Shown piece after piece: positions 39,576 through 52,107 of a stretch of DNA of 64,000 nucleotides. The stretch spans positions 5,727,957 to 5,791,956 of the forward strand of contig MU053881.1 in NCBI GenBank assembly GCA_013239625.1, read 5' to 3'. The stretch is from Lama guanicoe. Taxonomy: Eukaryota. How positions within the stretch are numbered: the first letter of the stretch is position 1; each line of letters starts with the position of its first letter. Below the pieces are notes generated by a model. The model searched no databases. It was not told where the DNA came from and saw only the letters and a program-made list of their open reading frames with translations. The position numbers were made by a program, and so were the translations under genes.

Positions 39576-39694
39576 ATTTGGGATAAAACCAGCTTGGAAT
39601 GTTTGAAGGTGTTAACGGGACACACTGGCTCTGTCCTTTGTCTGCAGTATGATGAACGGGTCATTGTGACTGGCTCTTCAGACTCCACAGTGAG
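39576..39694 (+). CDS. FBXW11: FBXW11 coding exon (119 nt): [42 protein letters not shown]40
   Basis: Acceptor tctcaatag|ATT and donor GTGAG|gtgagt; phase 0 to 2. Confidence 0.96.
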
Positions 39695-40084
39695 GTGAGT
39701 GATCTGGCTTCGCAGGACTGAGCTTGTATGCCTTCCACGAGGAGACTGAGATTCACGCCCTCTTCTGCAAAAGAGCACACACATGCTCTGCAGATGTTTT
39801 TGTTGCATGCTTTATTGCAGAACCACTTTTGGTGCAGGCGCATTTGAGCAAAGTAGGCAGGAAAGCTAACTTGTTAAGTAGGTCCTATTCGCATTGTCAT
39901 ATGTTAGAATGAGACGGCAACCTGCTTTCCTGTAAAAGCACATTACCTAGCAGTAGGCTGTCTCTCCCAGGGGACCGTGCTCCAGAGGGGTGAGGGAGGA
40001 GGCAGATGTCCTAAGAGTGTGGTGGGCAGTAACCTGCAGGCACTGCAAGAATCAGAAGCAGTTGTTTGCAGAAGCTTTTGAGGG

Positions 40085-40250
40085 ACACAGGTAATGTGCC
40101 AGGTGTTTTGTAGGTTACCCTATTGAATTCTCACATCAACCTTTCCAAGTAGGTAAATAGTGTCTTCTTTTTTTATATAGATGTAGCATTGAGAAACTGG
40201 AGGCCAGAGTTTAAGTAATTTACTCAGAGTCACATAGTTAGTTTTGAACC
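40085..40250 (-). mobile_element. MIR SINE
   Basis: gaaactggaggccagagtttaagtaatttactcagagtcacatagttagt. Confidence 0.75.
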
Positions 40251-41371
40251 TTGAATTTATATCATTTTAGGCTGTCTTGATACTATGTAGCTTTTCCAGT
40301 AATGCAGACACCAGTTTTCAGATGCCACCCCAGGGGCAGAGTGATGAGGTTGGAAACAGCAGTGTTTTCTGGCCGAAGAGAAGCCACGACTGCTGGTTGG
40401 GAGCTGAGAGAGTAGAAAGGAAACATTAACGGGATCCACTCCTAAGCCACTGGGACAAGGACATTTTTCCACACCAGATGGCTTTGGGTTTTGGTGTAGT
40501 GATGAGTTCACCAGAGCCTGGAGATAATGCAGTAAGGCCTCAGCTGGATTGCTGGTAACTTAGGAAGACATGACATGTGGAGGGAGAGGAAATGCCTCTT
40601 CTGGGGTGAGTCAGAGACTTGAAGAGGATTATTTTACGGGCACACCTAAAAGATTGAAATAGTCACCAGCACGCCTGGTATCCTTTCCCTGACTCAGTGC
40701 TTCCAGGCTGCTACTTCCGCTGTAGATCCTGTCTCAGCCTTAGAAGCCTGAGTCTTTCCTGCTCTGCTCTGTCCCCTTAGGAGATTGGGGTTACAGAAAA
40801 GCTGTCATGTGAAAGGGGTGCCCCTGAGAGCACTGTATCTCAAGGATAAAGCAATTGGGAGATGCTGGCTCTGTCCATAAACTAGTTGGGCGAATAGATG
40901 GGTGTGGTGGCTAACGAGACTCCGTGACTTAGTCTCCAGTTTGCAGTGGATAAATAGTGGACTCAAAAGCCTGTCAGAGATCAAAAGGGACCTTAAAGCC
41001 TGGAACCCAGCCACCAGGCTTTCCTCCCGTGTCATCTCAAACTCAGCGCAAAGCCCACTTACTTGAGTCATTTTTTTATTTTGCCATCAGCCTGCAGACA
41101 CCATCCCTGAATACCTGGCTGTTTAATACACCTAAACCTGGGCAGAGGCGCCGTTGGCCTTCTCTCTTGAAACCATCTCGACATCTCTTCCCAAATAGAG
41201 AAATTGCTTCTGGGGGCTTCTTTTAAGCTTAGTGTCAGACCCTAATCACCAGATACACGTAACGGCCACACCTCCCCAGCCTGCTGCTAAGAATGGGCCC
41301 CCAGCTCAGATGCCAGAATCTTTTCCTGGTTGTCTTGATAATTAAGTGTTGTGCTTTTCTGCTTCCTCTAG

Positions 41372-41621
41372 AGTCTGGGATGTGAACACGGGCGAAGTTC
41401 TGAACACGTTGATCCACCACAACGAGGCTGTACTGCACTTACGCTTCAGCAATGGGCTGATGGTGACCTGTTCCAAGGACCGCTCCATTGCAGTGTGGGA
41501 CATGGCTTCTGCCACCGATATCACCTTACGCCGTGTCCTGGTTGGCCACCGTGCTGCTGTCAATGTAGTAGACTTTGATGATAAGTACATTGTGTCTGCC
41601 TCTGGTGACAGGACCATCAAA
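41372..41621 (+). CDS. FBXW11: FBXW11 coding exon (250 nt): [20 protein letters not shown]...SASGDRTIK; two WD40 repeats
   Basis: Acceptor cttcctctag|A and donor AAA|gtaagt. Overlaps ORF 41346..41675; phase 2 to 0. Confidence 0.97.
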
Positions 41622-42264
41622 GTAAGTGTGCCTGCATTCATAACTCTGCTTGTTCCCACCCCTCTAAGAATGTAGAGAAAGCAGAGGTGGCTTATACCAA
41701 CCTGGCCTCTGGCAAGGTCTTTATTCTCCTCTGTGCTTATGAGGCATCCCGTTCTATACGCTCCTAGAGCCACAGGCAAGGTAGGAGGAAAGGGTCTTGG
41801 GCTCAGGACAGAGAGCAGTCTTCTGTTTCATGAAATGACGTTGTTAATAGCCTTTCTGAGGGGAAGAGAATTAACCTATGGAACATGTACCGTGTGCTAG
41901 AAGCTTTCCATCGCTGCCTCAGTCCACCCTCCCAGCACTCTGTTGGGCCACATTTTACAGATGTGGCTCAGAGAGTGGAGGACCGTGCTGGAAGCCACAG
42001 CTGCCTGGTGGTGGAGTCGAGGTTTGATTTTTTTTTTTCCCGCCTAATTTTGAGAGCCTCCCATGCCATTGACTCCGGGCTGGATGCTGGAGATACAGTG
42101 ATGAACAAGACATGTCCCCGCCTTCATGGAGCTCATTATGTGGTGTGAGGCAGATACGTGACAAAGCGTTGTAGTCCAGAGTGACCCACAGGATGTGGTA
42201 AATTCAGTTCTGATTCCAGTATCCAAGTTAACTTTAAAAATTTTAGCTTTCCTCACATTTTTAT

Positions 42265-43700
42265 AAAAGCCTTATTGAGATATAATTCATATACTGTAAC
42301 ATTCATCATTTTAAAGCCTGTTATTCGGTGGTTTTTAGTATCTTTACAATGTGGCATAGCCATCGCTAGTTTCAAAACATTGTCCTCACCCTCTGAAAAA
42401 ACCATACCCATTAGCAGTCAAACCCCTCTTCTCTCCCCCTGGTCCCTGGCGGTCAGTGATCTACTTTCTGTCTATGGATTTGCCTGTTGTAGACATTTCA
42501 AGTGAGTGTAATCATGTAATACGTGACCTTCTGTGTCTGGCTTCCTTCACTTAGTGCAGCGTTTTCAGAGTTCATCCGCACACACTGTAGCGTGAACCAG
42601 TGTGTCTTCGTTCCTTCTGATGACTGAATACAGTTCCGTGTGTGGTGGTGCCATGTTTTGCTTATCCACTCATCAGTTCATGGACGTTTTGGTTGTTTGT
42701 ACTTCCTGTCTATTATAAATAATGCTGCTGTAAATATTTGTGTACAAATGTTTGCCTGTACATTTATTTTTAATTCTCTTGGATGGTAAGTCTCTGTTGA
42801 ACATTTTGAGGAACGGCCAAGCTGTTTTCCAGAATGACTGCGCCATTTTCCAATCCCACCAACAGTGTACAGGCTTTTGTGACCTGCACTGGCCAGCAGT
42901 CCAGTATCTAGCCTCACAGATCACAGAGTTGATAGCATTAAACTTTAGATGGGGTAGTCTGGAAGCTGGGAAATTAGAATCTGTTTGTGGTAACTCACTC
43001 ACGGCTCAGTCACACCAATTTGTACAAGACCAATGCCTGGAAGTCAGGAGGGTTTGGGCCTTATTACAAAATAGATGTTGCATAATACCGGCCCAAAATA
43101 TTACCCCATCTCCTTGCTAATGCGTGTGTCTGTCTGTCTGTCTCTGTCTCTTATGGCCATCCTTATGGTGTTTAGTGGTATCTCTCTGGTTTTGCTTTCC
43201 ATTTCCCTGATGACTAATGATGTTGAGCATCTTTTCATGTGTTTATTGCCCGTTTTTAAAATCTTCTTTGAGGAAACATCTATTTAAATCTTTTGTTCAT
43301 TGGAAAACTTGGACTATATGTCTTTTATTGTTTAGCTGCGGGAGTTCTTTATATATTCTGGCTACAAATCCCTTATCAGATAAGTGATTTGCAAATATTC
43401 TCTTCCCATGGATTGTTTTTTCTCTTTCTTGACAGTGTTCTCTGAAACACAAATAATTTTAACTTTGAGGATGAAGTCCAATTTACAGATTTTTTTCTTT
43501 TGTTACTTGTGCTTTCATTGTCATGTGTAAGAAGCCATTGCCTAGTCCAAGTTCACAAAGACTCATGTTTTCTTCTAAAAGTTTAATAGTTTCCACTCTT
43601 ACATTTAGGTCATCGATCCATTTTGAGTTAATTTTTGTATACTGCGTGAGATAGGGTTCCAACTTCATTCTCCGTCTCTGGATGTCTAGTTATCCCATTG
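42265..43700 (-). mobile_element. L1MB-like LINE-1 3' fragment, antisense, with a non-L1 insert at about 42885-43100
   Basis: ORF 43483..43668(-) [34 protein letters not shown]; the 3' end begins ttattgagatataattcatatac. Confidence 0.92.
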
Positions 43701-44277
43701 AGCTGCAAATGGAGCCAATAAAATAACTCAGGACACGTTGATAGCTTTATGTCTCCTTATTTGGCGTGACTAAAGTGTGTCTATTAACATCTAAGTCTTA
43801 CAGACAATTTCACAAAAGAGGAATTGTTTATTCCACATACATAATATTAGGAGTGATGTGTCAAAACAAATCGAGCTGTTCAAGAAACTGTGCTGGAAAA
43901 GAGGAGGGTGTGACAGGTGAAGCCTTTTCACATCAAGTTGTATTGGGTTTGACATGTCAGCTGGCATAAAAACATAAAATCTGGCCTGGACTCTTCCCTC
44001 TGGGCAGATGAGTGTCTGAACCATCCAGGAGATGTTCTCTTTGTGAAGATCTCGAGGCTTGGAGACTTCACAGCTCCCCTCTGTATTTCATTCCAGTTTT
44101 ATCACTCAGCAGCTAAGAAAACTTTATGCTGGCCATTCTGTTCCCCAGCTTCCCCAGCGTACTTCATAATCAAGTATTTTGGTCATTTTTAGAAGTTCTG
44201 AATTTATTTTTTTAAGATATATTGTGAGAGGACGTCTCTGCATTCATTCTTAAAAATATTGCTAATTTGTTGTGCAG

Positions 44278-44396
44278 GTCTGGAGCACGAGCACCTGTGA
44301 ATTTGTTCGTACTCTGAATGGGCACAAGCGAGGCATTGCCTGTCTCCAGTACAGGGATCGGCTGGTTGTTAGTGGATCATCAGATAATACCATAAG
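44278..44396 (+). CDS. FBXW11: FBXW11 coding exon (119 nt): [42 protein letters not shown]40
   Basis: Acceptor tgtgcag|GTC and donor ATAAG|gtgggt; phase 0 to 2. Confidence 0.97.
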
Positions 44397-46019
44397 GTGG
44401 GTAGATGTTGGTGTGCTGGGCTCCTTTTTGCATGAATGTGAACTCATCTCCCAGTCCGAATGCTCACAAGACTCACATTTCGAGGGCTGCTTCAGATAAG
44501 AAACTTAAGGTAACATTTATTAATTTATTTGTCTCTGCATACTAAAGTGGGTAATCTGTGTATGCCCTGGGTGTTCTTCCCGGATTCCTTCAGTACACAG
44601 AGTCTTACAAACCTCAGCTCCACCCAAGATCACTTATGACCATGACACCTCAGAGCAGAGGACACTCCAGCCTGACTGTCCTCTTTCCCTTCCCTGGGAG
44701 CTCCTGCCTCTCTCCCTGACAGATGGGCATGTACTCTGGTTACCTTTCCCAACGCTGCCATCAAGTCCTGTTTGATCATTTATTTTATCTCCCTTTTTTC
44801 TTGCCAGCACTCAGTGTCCTTGCTTGCTAATAACTATGACTATCCTTAAACACTTTATCTTACTAAGAACTTCCCTTAAGTGTCTAATTATCCCAAGTCA
44901 TTTTTCCAGCGTCCCAACGTATGCTAGTAGCTCTTTTTATAACCAAATTGCTTGTTTAGGCAAAATAAGTATTGGGTTCAAGATTATTTTTTTTTTAAAA
45001 GAAAGATAGCAAACGACCACAATATAGTTGTCACTGCCGAAAGGCTTCTTTATCATTTTGAGTTTTAAGATACCATAAAAGTCAGCTGAGAACTTGAATC
45101 TTGGTTCTGTTGTATTCTTCATGCTTTGGAATCTCTTTGAGTTTTTACAAAATAACGTGTGTTGTTGTACAGTTTATTGGGGGGAGGCACTTTGAAGTCA
45201 TAGTGCTGGGTGGCTCTGTTCACAGTAGATTTGAGAAGCCATCGTCATTGACCCTGACGGGGTTTGCCTGGGGTGGCTGTGGTACAAGGTTCATTGGATA
45301 TATGATAGGAGCTCCTGGTGGAGAGGCCAGGAAAAAGTCATCACAGAATTAGTTTGCTAATTTTGTTTTGCACATCTTAGTTTGCTGTGATTTTGGGGGA
45401 GGTTTTTTGCAAATAACGTAGATAAATCAATGGTAATAGAAAAAAAAAGGGGGAAAGTCTCTATTTTCAGAGTTGTTTTGTAAATCATATACAGAGAAAA
45501 GGGCTGGGGGTAGTCAGTGGGTTTACATGTCTAAGACACTACGTATACCTCAAGAGAGACTCCTCCTCTGACCTTGTGACCTAGACAACCCTAGTGTGCA
45601 GTGTGTACCTAGGAGGGGGTACCCCTGAGCCTCATCAGGAGGGGAGACCGCCATGCTTGTCTGCCAGTTCTAACTTCAGTGGGCCTCATGGCCTCCAGGC
45701 TGGAAGTGCCTGGAGTGGACGCCTGCTCCCTGGGCTGTATCTGTTACCTTTTCCACACCCACGTGATTTTCCTTCTTTACAGCCTGCAACCCCTATCTCC
45801 CCCAGAAAAGTCCTCCCTAGACCATTTGGCTACTTGGTTTCATCAACTCAGACATCAAGAGAATGCCTAGTAACTAAAAAGAATTGAAATTTTTTGTTTG
45901 TTGGTCTTATTTTAATAATAATAACATGCCTATGATTTGTAAAAATTCCAAACTATATAAAAGGAAATACAATGAAAAGTAAGCCTTCCTTCCAAGTTAG
46001 TTCTTTAAAAACACAGAGG

Positions 46020-46125
46020 GAGAACTGAATCACCATGCTGCACACCAGAGACTAACACAACATTGTAAATCGACTGTATTTCAGTTAAGAACGCGCGTGT
46101 GCGTGCGCACACACACACACACAAA
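46020..46125 (+). mobile_element. Very short L1 3'-terminal fragment followed by (CG/CA)n
   Basis: aactgaatcaccatgctgcacaccagagactaacacaacattgtaaatcgactgtatttcagtt, the same family as 7737-7923. Confidence 0.75.
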
Positions 46126-46275
46126 TGGTGTAAATGTATGTATATGTCTTTGTATGTGATAATGTGGACTGAGAGTGAGATAGAAATGAAGAATTCCAGG
46201 GTAGTGAAAATCACATAGGTATAGTGTGGGTCACGTGTAGGAAGCTGATTTACAGAGATCTGTTTTTCATTCAAG

Positions 46276-46386
46276 GCTATGGGATATTGAATGTGGTGCC
46301 TGTTTAAGAGTCCTAGAGGGACATGAAGAATTGGTCCGATGCATCCGGTTTGATAACAAGAGGATTGTCAGTGGGGCCTATGATGG
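46276..46386 (+). CDS. FBXW11: FBXW11 coding exon (111 nt): [39 protein letters not shown]40
   Basis: Acceptor tttttcattcaag|G and donor GATGG|gtatgt; phase 2-2. Confidence 0.96.
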
Positions 46387-46991
46387 GTATGTGTTTCAAA
46401 TGCATGGCATAACTATATCAAGAGGAAAAGTAAGTGCTGTATATGTTAAAGCAGCTAGGTATGGGCCAGGTCCTGTGCCAGGTGTGTTCTCTGTGACGAT
46501 GGATGGCAGGTCGTATTGTAAACCTTTCAAGATGAACTTACATATACTTCACAGACGGGTTAGCTGGTCTGTTCATACTCCGATTATTAACTCTCAGCAT
46601 TTGCTTAGTTTGGAGAAAGGTATCCTTGGAATTTCACAGAGAGCCCTCGCTTCTGTCCGCGGCACCTACTCAGCCCCAGAGAGCCCCCTGATGAATGAAT
46701 TTGGTGACAGATTATCAAGTCAGGAATTGAATTTAGAAGATGTGAAGTTGTTTTCTTGTCTCCCTTAAAATAATATTTCTTCACAATTTCAGCACTTCTG
46801 AGAATTGTTAGGTCCTAATTTTTTTCCAAAATCAAGTGTAATTGGTTTAAATGCCTTGTCAAAACATCAGCAGGTGCCCCATTTGCTTTTAAAATAGGCT
46901 GTTCGCGTGCGCTCCTTTCTGTTAAGGAAGTGCTTGACGATATGTAAAATGTTAACTTTTCCACTCACCACGATCTCATTTTCCTTTCTAG

Positions 46992-47070
46992 GAAAATCAA
47001 AGTTTGGGACTTGCAAGCTGCTCTAGACCCCCGAGCCCCAGCAAGCACGTTGTGTCTGCGCACGTTGGTG
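46992..47070 (+). CDS. FBXW11: FBXW11 coding exon (79 nt): [26 protein letters not shown]
   Basis: Acceptor ttcctttctag|G and donor GTG|gtatgt; phase 2 to 0. Confidence 0.96.
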
Positions 47071-48090
47071 GTATGTGATCTGTTGAAAAGCTAAGTGCTT
47101 CCCTGTGCCGGCGATGGGCCACCTGCAGTAGACCTGCCTGGGCCGTCACTGGAAAGCTGCTGTGTCTCACAGCGTGCCTTCTGAGAAGTGCACTGTTCTG
47201 TTAATTTTGTTTCTTCAAAATCAGAGCACATTTGACACTCATATTTCTGTGAGCTCTTTCCTAAGGAGTATTAATGCAACTGAAAATACGAAAGCGGGCT
47301 TCCTCATTTGAAAATCATTCCTGATTTCTTCCGAGAGCGTGAAGTAGTTCCCTTCTGCATTTTTGAGAGATTTTTCTAATAGGGGTATCTGTGGTTGTGT
47401 TATGTTTTATAACACAGCACATTTTTCTATGATTATGATGGACTGTCCCCTCAGTCTTTATTCTATGAGTTACTGCTCAGCATATCAGAATACTTTTTTT
47501 ATATGTTAATCTTGTTTTAGCAACTTCACCAAGCTTGTTATTTCTAATAGTCTGCTTGCTTTTGTTATATTTTTGAAGAGACTGTTGTTTAAAAATATGG
47601 TAGATTTTTCTTATTTTCAGTAGTTTTGCCTTCCATTTCTATGTGGTCTGTCCTCACATTGACTAGAGCATGCAGTAAGGGCCATTCTTGTTTTCTTGAT
47701 TTTAACAGGAATACTTAGGGTGTTTCACCGTTAATTTTGGTGTTGGCTGTGGTTTGAAATAGATATTTTTGGTCATGTTAAAAACAGTATCCTTCTGGTT
47801 CTAGTTTTTACAGTGTATCAAGAATGGGTATTAAGTATCGTTGTTTACCTTTGTGAGACAATCACATATTTGTTCTTTTTTGACATATTAACAGGCCAGG
47901 ACCTAGGATACAAAATTAAAGAAAAGCCTAGAAGGAAAGGCGGAATATCTGTTCGTGGGGTCACGGACAAAGCTCCGTAAAGGAAGCGTGGTGAAGGGGC
48001 TGTCTTTTCCGCCTGTGACAACTCCCTGGTAGTGAGACAGCAGAGATTGTAAAGGCCTCGTTGTATTCATCAAGCTGTTATGTTTCACAG

Positions 48091-48252
48091 GAACATTCTG
48101 GACGTGTGTTTCGGCTACAGTTTGACGAATTTCAGATCATCAGCAGCTCCCATGATGACACAATTTTGATTTGGGATTTCTTAAATGTGCCTCCCAGTGC
48201 CCAGAATGAGACCCGTTCTCCCTCCAGAACATACACTTACATCTCCAGATAA
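48091..48252 (+). CDS. FBXW11: FBXW11 last coding exon: [53 protein letters not shown]; exon continues as UTR to 48276
   Basis: Acceptor tttcacag|GAA; TAA at 48250-48252; donor TTTCAG|gtgagt at 48276/48277. Confidence 0.97.
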
Positions 48253-49335
48253 CAGTCTGCACTTTACCCGTTTCAGGTGAGTGCTAACCCCACTTTGAAT
48301 TCTGCTACTGAGTTTGCGCTCCCTCTGGGGAGGTTTTGTGATGTGGATTCCTTTCTCAGTGGTGGGGACCGAGGTGCTTAGTCTTGATTAGATTCAGCAG
48401 CTTTGCAGAGGTCTAGTGTAAGGTTTGATCTTTGTGGTCACATCAGAATCAGGCCTCAATCGGAATCCTGCTTACTGTGGGTGTTCATGTTGGCGGACAC
48501 TGTGATTCCTGTGTTTTAAAACTGTTTTCTCAGGGCACACCAGTTCAGTACCAGCGTAGTCCCTCAAATTCTGTTTCGGGGTGTTAGAATCTCCTTTTTC
48601 TCTTTCTTTCCTGTCTTTCAGTTCTGTCTTTTATTTTTAAAAAAATCACCATCAACCAAACACTCAGAATGCCCCCCCACCCCCCGGGTGCCTTTACAGT
48701 CCACTCACCACCACCGTTCCCTGGAGGAGGAGGCAGGGAAGGGCGCCTGTTGAGAGAGCCCCGAAAGCCCTTTCTTCCTCCGTCAGACACACCAGGTGCC
48801 CTGGAAGCAAAGTCCTTTGCTCCGGTTACAGGAAGGCTCAGAGGCATCATAGTCATCGATGATGGCGTGTTCTGATTACTAAGGGTGTCCAGCTAGCGGG
48901 TGGGAAACCTTGCTTGGCTGTGTCTTTGGAACTGATGACCCTGTTCCTCTGGAGCAGTATTCCCAGCTCTGAGGATTTTGCAAGGGGTCCTGTGAATTCT
49001 GTGCACACTGGAACTTTGTAGATTGAATGTTTGTGCATATTTGCGCTACCATGTATACATGTATGTAAAGACTGTGTAATTAATGAAATTCATATTTATG
49101 TAAAAACATTACTTAATGCTTAGTAGCTTTTTATCATTGTAGATTTTCCTGCTCATTGAATATTAAAAATACAAAGAAAAGTCCATGTATAGAATTGTGA
49201 GGTTTTTTTTTTTGGTGAAAAGATAGAGAACCATTGGTCTCTTGATCACCAAATTGACATCTTTTCAGACACTCCTTACTGAAGAGTCCAGTAAGACCCG
49301 ATAAACAGATCTCCCCAAGGAAGCTGGTCTTATTC

Positions 49336-49680
49336 GAGGGTCAGCAGACTACAGCCAGAGGCCAAATTTGACCCACTGCCTGACTTTTTTTTCCTTAACA
49401 CAGCAAGCTAAGAATAGTCTTTTCCACTTTTAAATACTTTGAAAAAATTAAGAGAAGAATATTATTTTAGGACACGTGAAAATTATGTAAAATTCAGATT
49501 CCAGTGCCCATAAGTACTTTTACCGGAACGCAGCCTCACTCGTCTGTTTATGTAGTGTCTGCGGCTGTTTTCATGTTTCGGAGGCAGAGTTGCATAGTTG
49601 AAACAGGAACCATATTTTCTGCCACATCTAAAATATGTACAATCATTTGGCCCCTTAAGAAAACATATGCTGGCCTCTGG
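49336..49680. mobile_element. MER58B-like hAT-Charlie relic
   Basis: gggtcagcagactacagccagaggccaaatttgacccactgcctg...gcaagctaagaat...tggccccttaagaaaacatatgctggcctctg. Confidence 0.88.
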
Positions 49681-50879
49681 GCTCGCCCCTGTTCCTTCTA
49701 TCAGTGATAAACTAAGGCCCTGCATCAGGAATGGCAAGTACGGTTTTTCATCATGTCAGCGCACTTTGATTCGTGGTGAGTGGCTGGAACAGTGCCTTGG
49801 GAAGGGTTATGGGGCCCCATGTGCCGTGATGGGTTGGCTGTGTCTCCCCGGCTGTAGGAGCCGAGCCACACCCGTGAGCCCCGTGGGTAGTTCCTGTTCC
49901 TGGTCCTAGTGTCCGCACTGTCTCTTGTGACAGTGGCCATCTCCCTGGCTGCTTTCTCTCTGGATAGATTCTTCACAAGTCAGTTGAAAAATTCACATGG
50001 TGAACTTTTTACGTTTATTAAATGATAGGAAATTACAGAGGAAGGAAGCAAAGATCTCTTGAATGATTTCTCTTCCCCACCTCAGCCTCCCTTCCCAATA
50101 AGCCAAAGAAATCCATAAGGAAGGAGGAATGGCCCCACATGAAAACTGGTTTCCTTCCGGTCTTTTCCTCTCCCTCTTCAGCCCACCCTTCATCCTGCTG
50201 CCAGCTCGGGTCCTGTTAGCCCTGCCTCTGCCAGTCTCTGCTTCCCCAGCTTCCTGTTGTCTTCAGGATCAAGGTTTAACTAAGAGTAGCTAACAAGGGT
50301 TCCAGCTTCTACTCTTACCTTCTGTCTTCTCTGTCCTCCCCCACCGTCTCTCACTCCTCCCTCCCCAAACTCCAGAGCTGCAACCAAACTGAATTCTGTT
50401 TCCCTTCCCTAGTTACACTTCAGGAGTGCAGACCTCTACCACCTCCCTCCCCTTAGGCTTTGTGGAGACCACCATCCCACCTCCACCCCTTTAACTCCCT
50501 CTGACTTAATGTGTTATCTGCCTGTCTCCCTCACAAGGCAGTGGGGTTCCTGGTGTCGAATAGAGCACACAGCATATATTATGAGCACTCATTGAGGCTT
50601 GCTGGACAGGTGACAACGGGGCCAACATGACATTTGCGCTCTTTCTCCGGGGCCGACAAGAATTTGCCCATAAATAAATAAATGTGTGCAAAACTGCAGT
50701 GTATTCATACAGTCCCCTTCTGCAAACATGAAGATAGCAGCTCAATAAGGAACTGGAGTCGATTGTCTCAGCGGCAGTCAGGTACCAGGTCTGTTCCCCC
50801 CGTGCAGACAGGTACCTGCGTGTGCACGGCTCCCTCTGCCCCGCCCCCCTCACCTTCTCTAAGCCCACTGTTGCTTCTT

Positions 50880-52030
50880 AATCAATTTTCTTGAGGTATG
50901 ATTTTTGTGAAACAGATTGTACCCATTTAAAGTGTATTATTCGGGGAGTTTTTACGAATGTATACACCCCTGCAGCTTCCTCCACAGTCCAGAGAAGAAC
51001 TCTCCCATCACCCCCAGAAGCTCCCTTCTGTCCTCTCTGTAGTCACAGCCTGATCGCACGCAGCCTCGGCAAACCCGGACCTGCTTCCTCCCGCTGGGCC
51101 AGTTCACATTTTCTGCAGCTGCACAGTTACGAGCCACATTTGGCTGTTAAGCTCTTGAAATGTGGCCAGTGCGACTTAGGAACTAATTTTAAAATTACAT
51201 TTAAATTGAATTTAATTGGGTTTTAATTGCATTTTATTATACTTCATTTAAGCTTAAATTTAAATAGCTGCATGTAGCCAGTGACTACAGTGTTTGGACC
51301 AGCATAGTTGCAAGAGTTTTATATGCTTAACCTTGACATTTTAGATTTTTGATCCATTTAGAGTTAATTTTTGTGTATGCTGTGAGGCAAGAATGTCATT
51401 GTTCTTTTTTATACAGCCGTCTAGTTGTTCCAGCTTCATTGGATTAAAAGACTTTCCTCTTCCCATCAAATTGCTTTAGTGCTCTGTCAGAAATTCAGTT
51501 GACCGCTTACTTCTAGGTCTGTTTCTGGCTTCTGATCTATTCTATGATCTGTGGTTATCCTTTCGCCAATACCACACTGTCTAATAAATCAACTTCTTTA
51601 AAAAAAATTGTTTTGACTATTCTAGGTCCTTTTGGTTTGCACACTCATTTTTGAGTGAAATTTCAAATTCTGTGAAAATTATGGGATTATGATCAGAACT
51701 GCATTGAATCTAAAGATCATTTTGGGGAGAATTTCCATCTTTAAAAAATTTTTTTGTTGTTTTTTTAGGGGGAAAGTAATTAGGTTTATTTATTTCATTT
51801 TTTATTTAATGGCAGTGCTGGGGATCAAACCCATGACCTCGTGCATGCTAAGCATGCACTCTACCATTGAGCTATGCCCTCCCTGGAAATTTCCATCTTA
51901 ACAAATGTTGTCTTTCTAATCCATAAACACAGTGTATCTCTTTATTATTTAGGGTCTTCTTCAGCTCCTCTTAAGCAGTGTTTTGCAGTCTTGCACATCT
52001 TTTGTTGAGTTTATCCCATTCTTTGTCTTT
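50880..52030 (-). mobile_element. Old antisense L1 with a nested MER3-like element (about 51110-51308) and a nested SINE
   Basis: L1 3' end ttgaggtatgattt...tgtacccatttaaagtgt and ORF2 phrase gatccatttagagttaatttttgtgtatg. MER3 motifs gagccacatttggct...cttgaaatgtggccagtg and ttaaatttaaatagctgcatgtagccagtgactac. Confidence 0.8.
51742..51884 (-). mobile_element. vic-1-type tRNA-Ala-derived SINE with 12-bp TSD
   Basis: Reverse complement GGGAGGGCATAGCTCAATGGTAGAGTGCATGCTTAGCATGCACGAGGTCATGGGTTTGATCCCCAGCAC. AATTTCCATCTT occurs at 51730-51741 and 51888-51899. Confidence 0.9.
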
Positions 52031-52044
52031 TCTAAGCTATACGT

Positions 52045-52064
52045 GTCTCTCTCTCTCTCTCCCT

Positions 52065-52096
<32 letters not shown>

Positions 52097-52107
52097 CACT
52101 CACTCTC
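52045..52107. repeat. (CT)n/(CTCTCC)n microsatellite
   Basis: Direct reading. Confidence 0.93.

Noticed and set aside
41342..41779. 145-aa antisense ORF over a WD40 exon (similarly 44262..44447)
   Set aside because: Shadow ORF of the coding strand with no independent support.
670..43668. L1-like ORFs (670..912, 2382..2612, 11446..11745, 35797..35985, 42678..42917, 43483..43668) as genes
   Set aside because: They are short, disrupted LINE-1 ORF2 remnants, neither functional genes nor active elements.
46387..46768. In-frame read-through of about 127 codons into the intron after exon 46276-46386
   Set aside because: A good donor at 46386/46387 restores the conserved protein; the extension is unrecognisable and would break the WD40 propeller.
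14153..48252. Assignment to BTRC (beta-TrCP1) or to a pseudogene
   Set aside because: Diagnostic residues match FBXW11, and the frame is intact across 11 exons with canonical introns.
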